A stretch of 54,509 nt of DNA from a virus (lineage: Duplodnaviria; Caudoviricetes), in the IMG/VR virus record IMGVR_UViG_3300020477_000032, positions 1 to 54,509 of that record; one strand, given 5' to 3'. Made by a program: the position numbers and the translations under genes. Shown piece after piece: positions 9,965 to 20,395 of this stretch. The notes under the pieces were generated by a model that did no database searches, was not told the DNA's origin, and saw only the letters and a list, made by a program, of their open reading frames with translations. Numbering within the stretch: the first letter of the stretch is position 1; each line of letters starts with the position of its first letter.

Positions 9965-12112
9965 ATGCCAACTAAAATACCACTCAGGGCAACGTATGAT
10001 GCATCTGGCAACGTTGCAACTGGTTTATCTGAATATCAAACCAATGAGTTCATTTCTACCACTTTTGGTGGAACTGGTGCGAATACCTATGCTCAGGGTG
10101 AGATTTTAGTTGGTAATGCTTCTGGTTCATTAACGAAAAGTACCATACAAGGTACTGCTGGTCAAATAACCGTAACAACGGGTGGAAACACAGTTACTAT
10201 TGGTTTGGATAGTTCATTAGGATTTAATACTGCAACCAAAAATATATTAGGAACAGTTAAAGTTCCAGATAGATTAGCAGTTACAGAATTTTGCTCTAAT
10301 ATATCAGGTGGAACTGGTTATTCTGATGCAAATAATGTTCTTACAAGAGGTGGTGCAGTTGGTTCTTCTGGATTGACGGTTAATATTTCTACTGATAATT
10401 CTGGTGGGGTTTGCTCTGCTACAGTTGTAACTTCAGGTACTAGATATGCTGTTGATGATGTCATAACAATTACAAGAGCAGTATCCAATTTAGAAACTTC
10501 AACACCTACTCCTTCTGGAGCATGGAAAACTTCGACAACATATAGTAATGTATCCTCAACAGCAGAAGTTTGCACTGGAATTGAAACTGTTTCGGATTTA
10601 ACCCCAACACCGTCTGGTGTATGGCAATGCGAACAAACATATAATAATGTTGCACCATCTCAAAATTCTGGAAGTGGAAACGGTGCATTATTTACAATTT
10701 CTACTGGTGTTGATGGGAATCCACTTTTTGTATTGTCTAATGCTGGTAATGGTTATACGATAGGTGATACATTACAATTTACCGATCCTGGCGACACTAG
10801 CAATACAGCATCATTCAAAATATGTACATTACTAACTGCTAGTGGTGTAAGTGCTGGTGCTGGTGCAACCTTTGACATAACCACTGATAGTTCAGGAGAT
10901 CCTACTCTTTCTGTCAATTCGGGTGGACAAAGTTATATCAAAACGGATCAAATTGTTGTAACAGAACCAACAGGTTCTCTTATTAATTTAAGTGATACAA
11001 CACCTACTGAAGCAGAAGGTACTTTATCTTGTTATTGGCAACCTAATCAAAATACCGTTGTTTTAACGCAATGTGCTACCTCTGGTTCTGGTACTGGGGC
11101 ATCATTTAATGTTACTACTGATAATAATGGAAATCCAACTTTTGTATTGAATAATATCGGTCAAGATTATAAAATTGGTGAAACTATTACAATCGTTGAT
11201 GGTGGTACAACATCAGAAACTGCAACATTAACAGTTTCGTGTGCTAATGATAGTTATATCTCTAACGTATGGCAGTCAAGTGTAACACATTCTTCAATTG
11301 CACCTTCTTCGACTTCGGGTTCAGGTACAGGTTCGACTTTTAGTGCAACAACAGATACAAATGGTTTTCCTACATTTGCTATTGTTGGTGGTGGTTCTGA
11401 TTATGTAGTAGGAGATACGGTTACTATAACAGAACCAACAGGTGTATTAACAGTTTTTAGTACTTTGCCAGAACCATCAGATGCATGGGAACCAAATCAA
11501 TCACATACAGGTGTTTCACAACACTATACTGCTGGTAATGGAACTGGTATCTCTGTTAATATTACAACAGACGGAGACGGGAATCCATCTTTTACATTGG
11601 TTGATGGTGGTGCTGGTTATGCAATGAACGATCAAATAAGATTTACCGATCCACATTCAAATACAACTAGTTGTGCAACTTTAGTGGTTACTAGTATTAT
11701 TGTTCAAGCAACTGCTATATTAACTGTAAAGACTATTAATAGTGGGGCAATAACTGCAATATCTAATACAATTCCAATTAAACGATCTACTGCAATTGTT
11801 AGTAGTTCCAACCAAGATGCAACAGCAAATGTTAAAACTATTTCAAATGGTGGGTTGGCAGTTGATTCACAGGGAAATTTGAGTATTGCCAAATTGGTAG
11901 GTATGTCTGATGGAGCAATTTTTAATAATAATAACACTTATTTAGAAGTAATTACTCGATTGGATATAGACGAAGGTGGTCGTGTTACGAATATAGATAA
12001 AAAGGAAATGCAGTTTAAAGATGGTGTGCAATTAAAGCAAAACGATAATGGAACTATGCAAGTTCAATCAGATGGGTTAGCAGTAGCAATGTCTATTGTC
12101 TTTGGGGGATAG
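9965..12112 (+). CDS. virion structural/fibre-like protein with tandem ~50-70 aa beta repeats
   Basis: Repeats of SGxGTGAxFxxTTDxxGxPTF...GxxYxxGDxIxxTxP; S/T/G-rich; C-terminal AVAMSIVFGG. Confidence 0.75.
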   Translation: MPTKIPLRATYDASGNVATGLSEYQTNEFISTTFGGTGANTYAQGEILVGNASGSLTKSTIQGTAGQITVTTGGNTVTIGLDSSLGFNTATKNILGTVKVPDRLAVTEFCSNISGGTGYSDANNVLTRGGAVGSSGLTVNISTDNSGGVCSATVVTSGTRYAVDDVITITRAVSNLETSTPTPSGAWKTSTTYSNVSSTAEVCTGIETVSDLTPTPSGVWQCEQTYNNVAPSQNSGSGNGALFTISTGVDGNPLFVLSNAGNGYTIGDTLQFTDPGDTSNTASFKICTLLTASGVSAGAGATFDITTDSSGDPTLSVNSGGQSYIKTDQIVVTEPTGSLINLSDTTPTEAEGTLSCYWQPNQNTVVLTQCATSGSGTGASFNVTTDNNGNPTFVLNNIGQDYKIGETITIVDGGTTSETATLTVSCANDSYISNVWQSSVTHSSIAPSSTSGSGTGSTFSATTDTNGFPTFAIVGGGSDYVVGDTVTITEPTGVLTVFSTLPEPSDAWEPNQSHTGVSQHYTAGNGTGISVNITTDGDGNPSFTLVDGGAGYAMNDQIRFTDPHSNTTSCATLVVTSIIVQATAILTVKTINSGAITAISNTIPIKRSTAIVSSSNQDATANVKTISNGGLAVDSQGNLSIAKLVGMSDGAIFNNNNTYLEVITRLDIDEGGRVTNIDKKEMQFKDGVQLKQNDNGTMQVQSDGLAVAMSIVFGG

Positions 12113-12114
12113 TA

Positions 12115-12480
12115 ATGGCAACCGATTTTCAAACTAAAACAATTAAAGATGCACCTACTGATATTACCAATGCAAATGCAGTTCTAACAGGTGTTTATAC
12201 TTCTGGTGAAGCAACAGTTCATGCAATTTATATTTCTAATAAAAACAATGCTAGTAGAACTGTTAATTTAGGGTTATATGATGGTGCTGGAACAGGAGAG
12301 TCTAACAGACAAGCATATATATTATACAATACGGAAGTTCCACCAGCATCAACTTTAGTTTTAGAAAAACCTATAAATTTGAATACTAGCACAACGACAT
12401 CAGAACAAAGACAGTTGAGAATTAGTGCTAGTGCTGGATCGTCAATAGATGTTATGGCATCAGTATTAGTAATTACATAG
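12115..12480 (+). CDS. small virion structural protein
   Basis: Beta-rich pattern (IYISN...VPPASTLVLEKPINL...DVMASVLVIT) common next to fibre genes. Confidence 0.65.
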   Translation: MATDFQTKTIKDAPTDITNANAVLTGVYTSGEATVHAIYISNKNNASRTVNLGLYDGAGTGESNRQAYILYNTEVPPASTLVLEKPINLNTSTTTSEQRQLRISASAGSSIDVMASVLVIT

Positions 12481-12487
12481 GTGTGTT

Positions 12488-12694
12488 ATGCTAAAATATA
12501 TAGGAATAGACGCATCAAGAATAAAGGCAAAGTATAAAGAATTTATTGATTTGACTATTTTTAAAGAAACAGATCATAGCAAAAAAGTAGTGCTGTCAAC
12601 AGCACATGATGGAACAGATTTAGAATTACAGATAACAGATGGTTCTACTGGAGATGTAGTAATAGATTGCGGATCATTGCCATCAGTATCATAA
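12488..12694 (+). CDS. hypothetical protein
   Basis: SD AGGTG, packed ORF. Confidence 0.6.
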   Translation: MLKYIGIDASRIKAKYKEFIDLTIFKETDHSKKVVLSTAHDGTDLELQITDGSTGDVVIDCGSLPSVS

Positions 12695-12704
12695 GGAGAG
12701 GGTC

Positions 12705-13103
12705 ATGGCAAATCAAATACCATTAAAAGCACTTTTTGATGAAAATGGAAATGTAACTAGTTTGGGGCAATTTACACCAACTGATACCGTTTCGGTTGCT
12801 GATGGTGGAACAGGTGAAACATCTTTTACGATAGGAAATATTATTATTGGAAATGGTACTAATGGTTTTCAATCAATATCGAGAGGTTCGTTGATTGCTG
12901 GAGATGCATCTGTTACGGTTACGGGTGGAGCAAATTCAGTTGTTGGTGGTAATGTTACTATACAATTTAATACTGGAAATATAGATATTTCTCAGACTTC
13001 TGGTTTTTTACCAGCAAATAGGGTTACAGCAAATTTGAGTGATCAATGGATCGAATCTAAAATTCCATCGTTAGATGGAAATAAAAGTACAGGAAATTTT
13101 TAG
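12705..13103 (+). CDS. virion protein paralogous to the N-terminus of 9965..12112
   Basis: QIPLKALFDENGNV...GGTG...GNIIIGNG aligns with KIPLRATYDASGNV...GGTG...GEILVGNA. Confidence 0.7.
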   Translation: MANQIPLKALFDENGNVTSLGQFTPTDTVSVADGGTGETSFTIGNIIIGNGTNGFQSISRGSLIAGDASVTVTGGANSVVGGNVTIQFNTGNIDISQTSGFLPANRVTANLSDQWIESKIPSLDGNKSTGNF

Positions 13104-13112
13104 GAGATTCTA

Positions 13113-13853
13113 ATGGCAGTTCCAAATTCCAGAGCAACATTAAAAACATATTGTAAACGAAGATTAGGTTCTGGTATGGTGGATATTAACATCACTTCAG
13201 ATCAAGAAGACGATGTTATAGATGACGCATTGCAATTTTATCAGGATTATCATTATGATGCAATCGTAAGAAGTTTTCTCAAGCATCAAGTTACTTCATC
13301 AGATAAGACGAATAAATATATTTCAATTGGAACTAGTGTAACTGGTGTTATTAATGTCTATCCGATTAGTTCTGATTCTACGGTCAATATGTTCGATCTC
13401 AAATATCAAATGAGACTCAACGATTTGCACGATTTTTCTGACGTTCAGATGATGCACTATTCGATGGTTAGTCAAAATTTAGAATTGATTGACCAAATGT
13501 TGGTAGGAAAACATCCTTTCGATTTTTCCAGACACCAAGATCGTTTGCATATTCACATGGATTGGACAAATGATATTGCAACAGATGAATATTTACTTAT
13601 CGAAGCATATGAAATTTTGAGTCCAGAAACATATACATCAGTTTATAACGACAGGTTCCTAAAGCAATACGCAACGGCATTGATGAAAAGACAATGGGGT
13701 CAAAATTTAAGCAAATTTGAAGGTTTGCAACTTCCCGGCGGTGTAACCTATAGTGGTAGTACCCTGATGCAAGAAGCAACTACAGAAATAGAAACACTTG
13801 AAACACAAATGCAAATGAGATACGAAGAAATGCCACAATTTTTAGTGGGGTAA
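13113..13853 (+). CDS. gp13: neck protein gp13
   Basis: LKTYCKRRLG, KRQWGQNLSKFEGLQLPGGV; synteny. Confidence 0.95.
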   Translation: MAVPNSRATLKTYCKRRLGSGMVDINITSDQEDDVIDDALQFYQDYHYDAIVRSFLKHQVTSSDKTNKYISIGTSVTGVINVYPISSDSTVNMFDLKYQMRLNDLHDFSDVQMMHYSMVSQNLELIDQMLVGKHPFDFSRHQDRLHIHMDWTNDIATDEYLLIEAYEILSPETYTSVYNDRFLKQYATALMKRQWGQNLSKFEGLQLPGGVTYSGSTLMQEATTEIETLETQMQMRYEEMPQFLVG

Positions 13854-13856
13854 GAA

Positions 13857-14480
13857 ATGACAGTCAGAACGGGTTTTACACATCATTCGTCTACAACTGA
13901 ACAAAGCATGGTTCAGAATCTAGTAACTGAAGCAATACAAATTGCTGGATTTGATATTAATTATTTGCCTAGAACTAGCAACAATATTGATACATTGTTT
14001 GATGATGCAGAAAAAAATTCATTTACGACTTCGTATACCATAGAAATGTATTTTGGACAAGATACCATTAATGGTATGGGTGGTACAGGAGATATTGCTG
14101 GTAGATTTGGGTTAGAAATACAAGATACCTGTCAATTAGTTTGTTCAGTTCAAAGATTTACCGATGTTGTAACCGCAGGGGATGCGACTATAACTAAACC
14201 CAGAGAAGGTGATTTAATATATCTTCCTTTATCGAGTCAGTTGTATGAGATTACTTTTACGGAAGACATGGTTCCATTTTTTCAATTAGGAAAAAATTAT
14301 GTCTGGCAGATGGAATGTTCATTATTCCGTTATGCACAAGATACAATGGATACTGGTATTACAGCAGTTGATGCTATTGCCACAGAAACAGACAACTTTA
14401 CACAAAGCACAGATATTGAATCTGATGCTGATGGTGGTATTGTTGATTTTACAGAATCTAATCCATTTGGTGTATTCTAA
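13857..14480 (+). CDS. gp14: neck protein gp14
   Basis: EQ..LVTEAI, PREGDLIYLP, FFQLGK, DFTESNPFG. Confidence 0.93.
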   Translation: MTVRTGFTHHSSTTEQSMVQNLVTEAIQIAGFDINYLPRTSNNIDTLFDDAEKNSFTTSYTIEMYFGQDTINGMGGTGDIAGRFGLEIQDTCQLVCSVQRFTDVVTAGDATITKPREGDLIYLPLSSQLYEITFTEDMVPFFQLGKNYVWQMECSLFRYAQDTMDTGITAVDAIATETDNFTQSTDIESDADGGIVDFTESNPFGVF

Positions 14481-15235
14481 TGCTTGGAACAACATTTTAT
14501 AACGAATCTATTAGAAAAGCACTTGTTGCTTTTGGTACGTTGTTTAACAATATTACTATTCAACGTGTGGATTCTAGCAACAATACACAGAATATTCTTG
14601 TACCATTAGCATATGCTCCTAGAGCAAGGTTTAGACAGTTGGCACAAGCGGCAACAGGTGTAGAAACCCAATTTGAACTGCCAAGAATGAGTTTTGAATG
14701 GACATCTCTGACATACGATTCAACTAGAAAATTAAATACCATGCAAAAAATAGGAACTGCTGTTAGTGGTGATACCTCACAAGTAAACTATAGATGGCAA
14801 AGAGTTCCTTATAATTTGGATATTACATTGTCAATTGCTTGCGATCAGACAGAAGATGGATTAAAAGTTGTAGAGCAAATTTTGCCTTATTTTACACCAG
14901 AATTAACTGTTGCTATTAATGATGTTGTTAAACATGACATGCCAGTTATTTTATCGGATGTTTCACAAGAGGATCAATGGGAAGGTGGATTAACTGGTGA
15001 AAGACGATTAATTATTTGGACATTAAATTTCCAGTTAAAAACTTATTTATACGGCCCAAGTGCGACATCTAAAGTTGTTACAGAAGCAATTGCACAGATG
15101 TATAGTAATGTATTTAACGATTTTGATACTATTGGTCATACATCAGGAGATCATTCTGAGACATTAGACGCAGATGGAAAGGCAGTTAGTCGAATTATAA
15201 GAACTAATACGACAAATGTCAAAACGGATAGATAA
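14480..15235 (+). CDS. gp15: tail sheath stabiliser/terminator gp15
   Basis: AFGTLFNNI, VPLAYAP, LPRMSFE, EQILPYFTP. Confidence 0.95.
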   Translation: MLGTTFYNESIRKALVAFGTLFNNITIQRVDSSNNTQNILVPLAYAPRARFRQLAQAATGVETQFELPRMSFEWTSLTYDSTRKLNTMQKIGTAVSGDTSQVNYRWQRVPYNLDITLSIACDQTEDGLKVVEQILPYFTPELTVAINDVVKHDMPVILSDVSQEDQWEGGLTGERRLIIWTLNFQLKTYLYGPSATSKVVTEAIAQMYSNVFNDFDTIGHTSGDHSETLDADGKAVSRIIRTNTTNVKTDR

Positions 15236-15237
15236 TT

Positions 15238-15672
15238 ATGAATCACAAAGTGGATTATATTCTTAACGATATTTTTGATATGGAAGAACCAGAAACCAAA
15301 GAAGTGGAAGAAAATTTACAGGTGGTAGAATCCAATCCAGAAAATCGAACAATTGACGTTGAAGAAGATTACATAAAAAGTCGGGAACATTACTATAAAT
15401 TATTTAATCAAGGTGTTGATGCAATGGAATATGCTCTGGAATTAGCAAAGCAATCAGATAATCCAAGAGCATTTGAGGTATATGGGCAACTGTTAAAGAA
15501 TACATCCGAAGTCAATGATCGTTTGATTGATTTACAAAAGAAAATGGAAGAACTGAAAGCAATAGAAAAAAAAGGAAATCCGACAAAGGTTACAAATGCT
15601 TTGTTCGTGGGTTCCACATCTGAATTACAGAAATTAATCAAGAATAAAAAGAAAGAAGATGCAGTCGATTAA
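15238..15672 (+). CDS. gp16: terminase small subunit gp16
   Basis: PRAFEV, NALFVGSTSELQK. Confidence 0.95.
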   Translation: MNHKVDYILNDIFDMEEPETKEVEENLQVVESNPENRTIDVEEDYIKSREHYYKLFNQGVDAMEYALELAKQSDNPRAFEVYGQLLKNTSEVNDRLIDLQKKMEELKAIEKKGNPTKVTNALFVGSTSELQKLIKNKKKEDAVD

Positions 15673-17269
15673 TTATCTAGGAAATCCTTTACTAAAGAAG
15701 GCAAATGTACCGATAGATTTTACACCAGAACAGGTGGAAGAATATATCAAATGTGCCGATGATCCGATTTATTTCATCAAAACATACATGAAAATTGTAA
15801 CGGTGGATGACGGTTTGATTGGATTTGATATGTGGGATTTTCAAGAGGATATGGTTCAGCAATTTCATGATAACAGATTTGTTATTTGTAAAATGCCCCG
15901 ACAGACGGGAAAATCGACTACCATTATTTCATATTTGCTTCATTATGTACTTTTTAATCAAGATGTTAGGATAGGAATTCTAGCAAACAAGGGAAGCACA
16001 GCAAGAGAGTTACTAGGACGATGGCAATTAGCATATGAAAATTTGCCAATTTGGATGCAACAAGGTGTAGTTGAATGGAACAAAGGTAATATCGAACTAG
16101 AAAATGGTTCTAAAATTCTCGCATCATCTACATCGTCAAGTGCAATCAGGGGTGGAACATTCAATATTATATTTTTAGATGAATTTGCCTTTGTACCAGA
16201 ACATATTGCTGAAGATTTTTTCAGATCAGTTTATCCTACAATTTCATCTGGTAATACAACTAAAGTATTGATAGTTTCAACACCTAATGGTATGAATCAG
16301 TTTTATAAAATGTGGACTGATTCAGTAGAAGGACGTAGTGATTATGTACCGATTGACGTACATTGGTCAGCAGTTCCTGGCCGGGATAGTAAATGGAAAG
16401 AACAAACCATACGAAACACCTCAGAAGATCAATTCAGGATAGAATTTGAAACTGAGTTTATAGGTTCAACCAATACACTAATTTCACCTAGCAAATTGAC
16501 AACATTGGCATTCAGAGAACCGATTGCTAGAGGTGATAGTCTGGATATTTACGAAACGGCAAAGAAAGGACATATTTACATGATGTCTTGTGATGTTGCT
16601 AGAGGTGCTGGTAAGGATTATTCAGCATTTTCGGTGATTGATATTACAGATACACCTTATAAATTGGTAGCAAAATATCGTGATAATCACATTTCACCTT
16701 TATTATATCCCAATGTTATAGAAAAGGTAGCAAGGGATTATAATGAAGCATATGTATTAGTAGAAGTAAATGATATTGGTGGTCAAGTTGCTGACACACT
16801 TTATCAGGATTTAGAATATGAAAATCTTTTATCATCTACTGTTAAGGGTCGTGCTGGACAAGTGCTGAGTGCTGGTTTTGGTCGTGGTTCAGAAATGGGA
16901 ATCAAAACAACCGCACAGGTCAAAAGAATAGGTTGTCGAGTACTAAAAACTTTGATAGAAGAAGATAAATTATTGATAGTTGATTTTCAGACTATTGCTG
17001 AATTGACTTGTTTTGCAGTCAAAGGAAAAAGTTATCAAGCAACAGAAGGTTCGCATGACGACTTAGTTATGACGTTGGTATTATTTTCTTGGGTAAGTAA
17101 TCAAAGATATTTTAAAGATTTGATGGATCAAGATTTAAGATTGAAATTGCATGAACAGAGAATTCGTGAAATAGAAGATGATGTAACTCCTTTTGGAATT
17201 ATCAATACTGGATTGGAGATTGAAACTTTTTTGGATTCAGATGGTCAGATGTGGGAAGTTGTCGAGTGA
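15659..17269 (+). CDS. gp17: terminase large subunit gp17
   Basis: YLGNPLLK, PRQTGKST, FLDEFAF, STPNG, HDDLVM. Confidence 0.98.
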   Translation: MQSINYLGNPLLKKANVPIDFTPEQVEEYIKCADDPIYFIKTYMKIVTVDDGLIGFDMWDFQEDMVQQFHDNRFVICKMPRQTGKSTTIISYLLHYVLFNQDVRIGILANKGSTARELLGRWQLAYENLPIWMQQGVVEWNKGNIELENGSKILASSTSSSAIRGGTFNIIFLDEFAFVPEHIAEDFFRSVYPTISSGNTTKVLIVSTPNGMNQFYKMWTDSVEGRSDYVPIDVHWSAVPGRDSKWKEQTIRNTSEDQFRIEFETEFIGSTNTLISPSKLTTLAFREPIARGDSLDIYETAKKGHIYMMSCDVARGAGKDYSAFSVIDITDTPYKLVAKYRDNHISPLLYPNVIEKVARDYNEAYVLVEVNDIGGQVADTLYQDLEYENLLSSTVKGRAGQVLSAGFGRGSEMGIKTTAQVKRIGCRVLKTLIEEDKLLIVDFQTIAELTCFAVKGKSYQATEGSHDDLVMTLVLFSWVSNQRYFKDLMDQDLRLKLHEQRIREIEDDVTPFGIINTGLEIETFLDSDGQMWEVVE

Positions 17270-17282
17270 AAAATGTGTTTTT

Positions 17283-17290
17283 TATAAATA
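17283..17290 (+). promoter_or_regulatory. late promoter TATAAATA (gp18)
   Basis: Exact consensus followed by ACAATAC. Confidence 0.9.
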
Positions 17291-17359
17291 ACAATACAAT
17301 CTTAATTGATATTTAAGAAAACGAAAAGTTTCAAAAACAATTGAACAAGGAGAAAGAAT

Positions 17360-19684
17360 ATGGCATTTCAAGTAAGTCCAGGCGTAAGTGTTTCGGAAAT
17401 TGATGCTACTAATGTCTTAGCACCGAGTGTTTCATCAAATACTGGGTTTGCATCTGCCTTTGTGTGGGGGCCCGCAGACAAAATAGTTTCGATTACTTCT
17501 GAACAAGACTTAGCAAATATATTTGGAAAACCGACAAATACAGATGTTGAAGGAAATTGGCACGTTGCTTCTAGTACTTTAGCATATGGTGGATCATTAA
17601 ACGTTGTTAGAACATTGGGTACAAACTCATTAAATGCATTAGATGGAGCATCTGTTACGAGTGAAGGTACAGTTGTATCTTTTAATGGTGGTGTAATTCA
17701 AACAGTAGAAATTGCAACAGGTGGTTCTAGTTATGCCGATGCAACTGGTTTGGCAGCTTCTGGTGGAACTGGCACAGGTGCAACAGTTGATATTGATGCA
17801 ACTGGTGGTGTAATTCAAACTATTACTGTAAATAATGGTGGTAGAGGATATAAATCAGGGGATACATTAACTGTTACGCAAGGTGGTGCAAGTGGTGGTA
17901 CTTTTACGGTTGAAACCGTTGACGGTGCAGTTGTTTTAGGAACAACGGAACTCCTTACATCCAATGCATGGAATGGTGGAACCGATCAAACAAACGTAGC
18001 ATCTGGTGCTACTACTGTAAGTCCAGCTGGTGGAACTGGTTTTACTGCCACTCTCACAACCACCAATAGTGGAACTAAAGTCAAAATCGTTTCAATAACT
18101 AATGCTGGTTCAGGATATAGTTCTGGTGATGTAATTACAATCGAAGATCCTGGCTCTACTGAAAATACAGTTTCGTTAGTGATAATGGATACTTCTTCAG
18201 ATGGTGGTCAGAAAATTGCTAATGAAGATGTTTTCGATAGTAATGATAGTGGTTCAACAAATTCCTCTGCTGGAACTGCTAGTTTTGCCGCTCGGTATGC
18301 TGGTGCATTAGGAAATGCAATACAAGTTAGATTGTTCCATCAAACAGGAGCATTAGCAGGGTGGAATGGTTCTTATACTCAAAATGGATCAGCAAAAACA
18401 GTAGATTTTGGTGGTTTGTTTGATAGAAAACCGAATACCTCAGATTATGTTCTAAATAATAATGGTGGTACGGATGTCAATGACGAAGTACATTTAGTCG
18501 TTGTTGATAGAACAGGTGAAATTTCTGGTATTGCAGGTACTGTTTTAGAAAAATATGCTCATGTTTCACTTGCAACAGATGCTAAAGATTCTCAGGGAAA
18601 TAGTAACTACATTAAAGATGTAGTTCGTAGAGATTCAAAATACATCTATGTTACAGGACAATGGGATAATATTCAGAGTGCATGGGAAGGGAAAAATTCA
18701 GCAAACACAACTGCTTTCACTGCTTCAGCTGCACAATCCATCAACCTCTCAGGAGGAGTTAGTGATGATGATTCTGGTGCTGGTGGTGGAAATCATTCTG
18801 CAAAACGTTATTCCGCAACAACTGGTTATGGATTATTTTCAGATAAAGAAGCAATTGACATTGATTTATTGCCAATAGGTGTAGATTCATCTGGTGCATT
18901 AGCAATACAAGTAATCGACAATATTGCTAAAATTCGTAAAGATTGTATCGTTTTTCTTTCACCTGATAGTGCAAGTGTTCTTGGAACTAGTACAACAAAA
19001 GCAGATTCTGTGATAACAGATTCTGAACAATCTGGATTATCCAGTACATCATATGCTGTTATGGATTCTGGATGGAAAAGAACATACAACAGATATACAG
19101 ATAAATATATAGACATACCATTAAATGGTGATGTTGCTGGTCTTTGTGTTAGTGTTGATAATGCATTAGGTGCTTGGTGGAGTCCAGCAGGGTTAAATCG
19201 TGGAGCAATTCGCAATTTAGTAAAATTGCACTTCGATCCAAATAAGACAGACAGAGATAAATTGTATAAAGCAAATGTTAATCCAGTTGCTACTATTTCT
19301 GGTGCTGGTACAATATTATACGGAGATAAAACATTCTTGAAAAAACCTAGTGCTTTTGATAGAATTAATGTACGCAGACTATTTAACCTACTAGAACGAA
19401 CAATTGCGAATTCTGCTAAGTATATGTTATTTGAATTTAATGACGAATTTACTAGAGCATCATTCCGTAATATGGTAGAACCATTCCTTGCTGGTATTAA
19501 AGCAAAACGTGGTATCTTCGATTATAAAGTTGTTTGTGATACTTCCAATAATACAGCAGATGTAGTTGATAGAAATGAATTTGTTGGTGATATTTACATT
19601 AAACCAGCACGTTCCATCAATTATATTCAATTGAACTTTATTGCTGTTAGAACTGGTGTATCGTTCTCAGAGGTTGCAGGATAA
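17360..19684 (+). CDS. gp18: tail sheath gp18
   Basis: MAFQVSPGV, WSPAGLNRG, FDRINVRRLF, IKPARSINYI. Confidence 0.98.
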   Translation: MAFQVSPGVSVSEIDATNVLAPSVSSNTGFASAFVWGPADKIVSITSEQDLANIFGKPTNTDVEGNWHVASSTLAYGGSLNVVRTLGTNSLNALDGASVTSEGTVVSFNGGVIQTVEIATGGSSYADATGLAASGGTGTGATVDIDATGGVIQTITVNNGGRGYKSGDTLTVTQGGASGGTFTVETVDGAVVLGTTELLTSNAWNGGTDQTNVASGATTVSPAGGTGFTATLTTTNSGTKVKIVSITNAGSGYSSGDVITIEDPGSTENTVSLVIMDTSSDGGQKIANEDVFDSNDSGSTNSSAGTASFAARYAGALGNAIQVRLFHQTGALAGWNGSYTQNGSAKTVDFGGLFDRKPNTSDYVLNNNGGTDVNDEVHLVVVDRTGEISGIAGTVLEKYAHVSLATDAKDSQGNSNYIKDVVRRDSKYIYVTGQWDNIQSAWEGKNSANTTAFTASAAQSINLSGGVSDDDSGAGGGNHSAKRYSATTGYGLFSDKEAIDIDLLPIGVDSSGALAIQVIDNIAKIRKDCIVFLSPDSASVLGTSTTKADSVITDSEQSGLSSTSYAVMDSGWKRTYNRYTDKYIDIPLNGDVAGLCVSVDNALGAWWSPAGLNRGAIRNLVKLHFDPNKTDRDKLYKANVNPVATISGAGTILYGDKTFLKKPSAFDRINVRRLFNLLERTIANSAKYMLFEFNDEFTRASFRNMVEPFLAGIKAKRGIFDYKVVCDTSNNTADVVDRNEFVGDIYIKPARSINYIQLNFIAVRTGVSFSEVAG

Positions 19685-19700
19685 AAGGAGAAATAAGTAA

Positions 19701-20339
19701 ATGGATATTTCTGGTTTCAAACAAGCAATGGCAGGGGGTGGGGCAAGACCCACTCTCTACTATGTTCAAATTATGCCCCCATCAGGTCTGAGTGGAAATG
19801 TTGGAACGCAAGGTTCCAATTTTATTCAATTCATGGCACAAACTGCTTCTATACCAGCAGGTACTATCGGAATGATAGAAGTACCTTTTATGGGAAGAAA
19901 AGTTAAGATGGCAGGGGATAGGACGTATGAAGATTGGAATACAACGATTGTCAACGATGAAGGGTTTACGGTCAGAAATTATGTCGAAAAATGGCAAGAA
20001 TTGATTAATGGCCCTATAAGTAATCTAACTTCTGCTAAAGATTATGCAGATTATACATCTGTTGCTCATGTTGTTCACTTATCAAAATCTGGTGAAAAAA
20101 TTGCTGAATATGCCATGCAAGATTGCTGGCCCAGCACAGTTGCCGCTATTGAATTGGGATGGGAAACTAACGATTCATTAGAAACTTTTGATATAACTTG
20201 GACATTTAATCAATGGGTTAATCTAGGTTCTGAAAATAGTTCTACTGATTTGGGAGATGAGGTTATAACACCTATTATAAATAAAATGAGAGATGGATTA
20301 TCACAAAGAATTACTAGTTTAACAGACAAATTAGTATAA
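19701..20339 (+). CDS. gp19: tail tube gp19
   Basis: GGGARPTL, VPFMGRKVKMAGDRTY. Confidence 0.95.
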   Translation: MDISGFKQAMAGGGARPTLYYVQIMPPSGLSGNVGTQGSNFIQFMAQTASIPAGTIGMIEVPFMGRKVKMAGDRTYEDWNTTIVNDEGFTVRNYVEKWQELINGPISNLTSAKDYADYTSVAHVVHLSKSGEKIAEYAMQDCWPSTVAAIELGWETNDSLETFDITWTFNQWVNLGSENSSTDLGDEVITPIINKMRDGLSQRITSLTDKLV

Positions 20340-20352
20340 TAAAAAAACAATC

Positions 20353-20381
20353 GGGGGGAGTTACAAATATCCCCCCATTTC
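20353..20381 (+). terminator. GC-rich hairpin after gp19
   Basis: GGGGGGA-N10-TCCCCCC then ATTT; A-tract upstream. Confidence 0.6.
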
Positions 20382-20395
20382 TCTAGGTATCAAAG

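Noticed and set aside
16022-16024. Trp in gp17 ELLGRWQLAYE where Leu is usual
   Set aside because: Single-base difference (TGG vs TTG); a variant or sequencing error, not interpretable.
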